Positions 62,646 to 64,000 of a stretch of 64,000 bases of DNA are shown here, piece by piece. The DNA is from Lama guanicoe (Eukaryota), in the NCBI GenBank assembly GCA_013239625.1, contig MU053881.1, positions 16,236,373 through 16,300,372 of the forward strand, given 5' to 3'. The position numbers and the translations under genes were made by a program. Positions within the stretch are counted from its first letter, which is position 1. Every line of letters begins with the position of its first letter. The notes beneath the pieces were generated by a model. That model saw only the letters and a list, made by a program, of their open reading frames with translations. It searched no databases and had not been told where the DNA came from.

Positions 62646-62919
62646 AAGAACAGATCATGGGAAGGCTGGTTCCTGTTTTTAAGGATTTTTAAAAATGCTT
62701 TCATCACCCATACTCTTCAACTCGGTGACTGTTAGTTTCCCTGCTTCCCCTCCTGCCCTCCAATCATCCAAGCTTTAAAAAATGAAAACTGCAGCATCTC
62801 ATTGCCAGGCCTAACACCCTGGGAGGACTTCTCACTGCCCCCAGAACAGATGTATGTGCCTTTCAGTGGGCTTCATGGCTTCATATGACCTCTCCTCCAA
62901 ATCGCTTCCTATACAGACT

Positions 62920-63090
62920 TCTATAAAGGGCAGAAGGGCGATTATTTGTGTCTTGCAGGCTGTCTGCTCTCTGCCACAACCACTTGACCCTGCTGTTGTA
63001 GCCCCCAAGCAGCCACAAATAATATGTAAATGAATGTGTGTGTCCAGATGTGGCTCACTGGCCCTGGTTTGCGACTCCTACTTCATTGCC
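62920..63090 (+). mobile_element. MER58A-like fragment
   Basis: tataaagggcagaag..aagcagccacaaataatatgtaaatgaatg..ggtttgcgactcc. Confidence 0.6.
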
Positions 63091-63758
63091 TCCACATTGC
63101 TCTATTTCGTAGGATCCTGCTTAGCCCCAGGACTAGCAGTCAGGCACTTCCATCTTGCTCACGGCCAACTCCCAGAGCTCCGCCCGGTGCTAGCACTGAA
63201 CAAATGTCTGCCAAATCCCTGGATGCATGAACTTGAGTGTGAATTTCTTTTCTCATATTATTTTATCATTAATGAGGAAATTTTATACCTTCATCCACCC
63301 AGCTTTACCAGATCTAAGGCTTCCCACAGCCACTGAGTGAAGGAAGCACCTCATTTGGAAATGCCTGGGGGATGGAGGCGTGCCCACCACCCAGGATGGC
63401 ACCAGGCCGGTGACTGCCTGATATGGGAGTTAAAAAGGCTGACCCCCTCGCTTCAAGATGGGACAATCTCGAGGTACAATTCACACTCCAGGGTTCCTCA
63501 TGGGAGCAGGATGAGCCTCCATCCTTGCACAGTCCTGCCCCTGCTCAGTCTGCTTCTCTTACTCCCTCTTGGGTTTCTCCTGGGGGCTCCATCTACATAC
63601 CACTTGTACAGGTATCTCCATCACAGACCCTGCCTCCAGGGGAGCCTCAGCTAAAACAGGGATTGACAACCAGACAGACAGTTACCATCTGCGGGAAATT
63701 AATAAAATCAGATGGTCTTATTTTCTATTGGCTACTTTCAACCTGACCGGAGTTGGGG

Positions 63759-64000
63759 TGTTAGAGACTGAATGTGTCTTACCCCAAAAGGCATGTTGAA
63801 ATCCTGCTTCTTAATGTGATGGTATTAGGAGGCGGGGCCTTTGGGAGGGGATTAGGTCATGAGGGTGGAGCCCCCACGAATGGGATTAGTGCCCTTGTAA
63901 GTGAAGACAGGAGACCTTGCTTCCTTCTCTGCCCTCTGACACTTGTGGATACAAGGAGAAAGTGGCCAACTGCAAACCAGGAAGCGGGCTCTCCACAGAC
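63759..64000 (+). mobile_element. MaLR LTR (MLT1A-like), truncated by the window end
   Basis: tgttagagactgaatgtg..aatgtgatggtattaggaggcggggcctttgggagg..gattaggtcatgagggtggagccc..gaatgggattagtgccctt. Confidence 0.85.

Overview
Mammalian genomic DNA. It is very probably camelid, because it carries seven copies of a tRNA-Ala-derived SINE matching the camelid vic-1 type. The gene order matches human 19p13.11 in reverse orientation. The window holds four spliced genes: the 3' end of CPAMD8 (+), complete F2RL3/PAR4 (-, 2 coding exons, 385 aa), complete SIN3B (-, 19 coding exons, 1120 aa) and the last three coding exons plus 3'UTR of NWD1 (-). Introns and intergenic DNA are dense in L1, L2, MIR, MaLR/ERV LTR and hAT/Tigger fossils. 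I found no prokaryote-type system, CRISPR array or new protein-coding gene. The best leads are: a stop-containing homologue of the human SIN3B cassette exon whose donor lies in a nested transposon stack; a CaaX-like NWD1 C-terminus; a divergent PAR4 tethered ligand and anionic cluster plus a TM3 Asp; unresolved convergent CPAMD8/F2RL3 3' ends, with an LTR supplying the F2RL3 poly(A) signal; and a candidate intronic poly(A) site that would give a PAH1-PAH2-only SIN3B. Comparisons to human, mouse and dog proteins and all repeat family names come from recall, not searches. Repeat boundaries are approximate.
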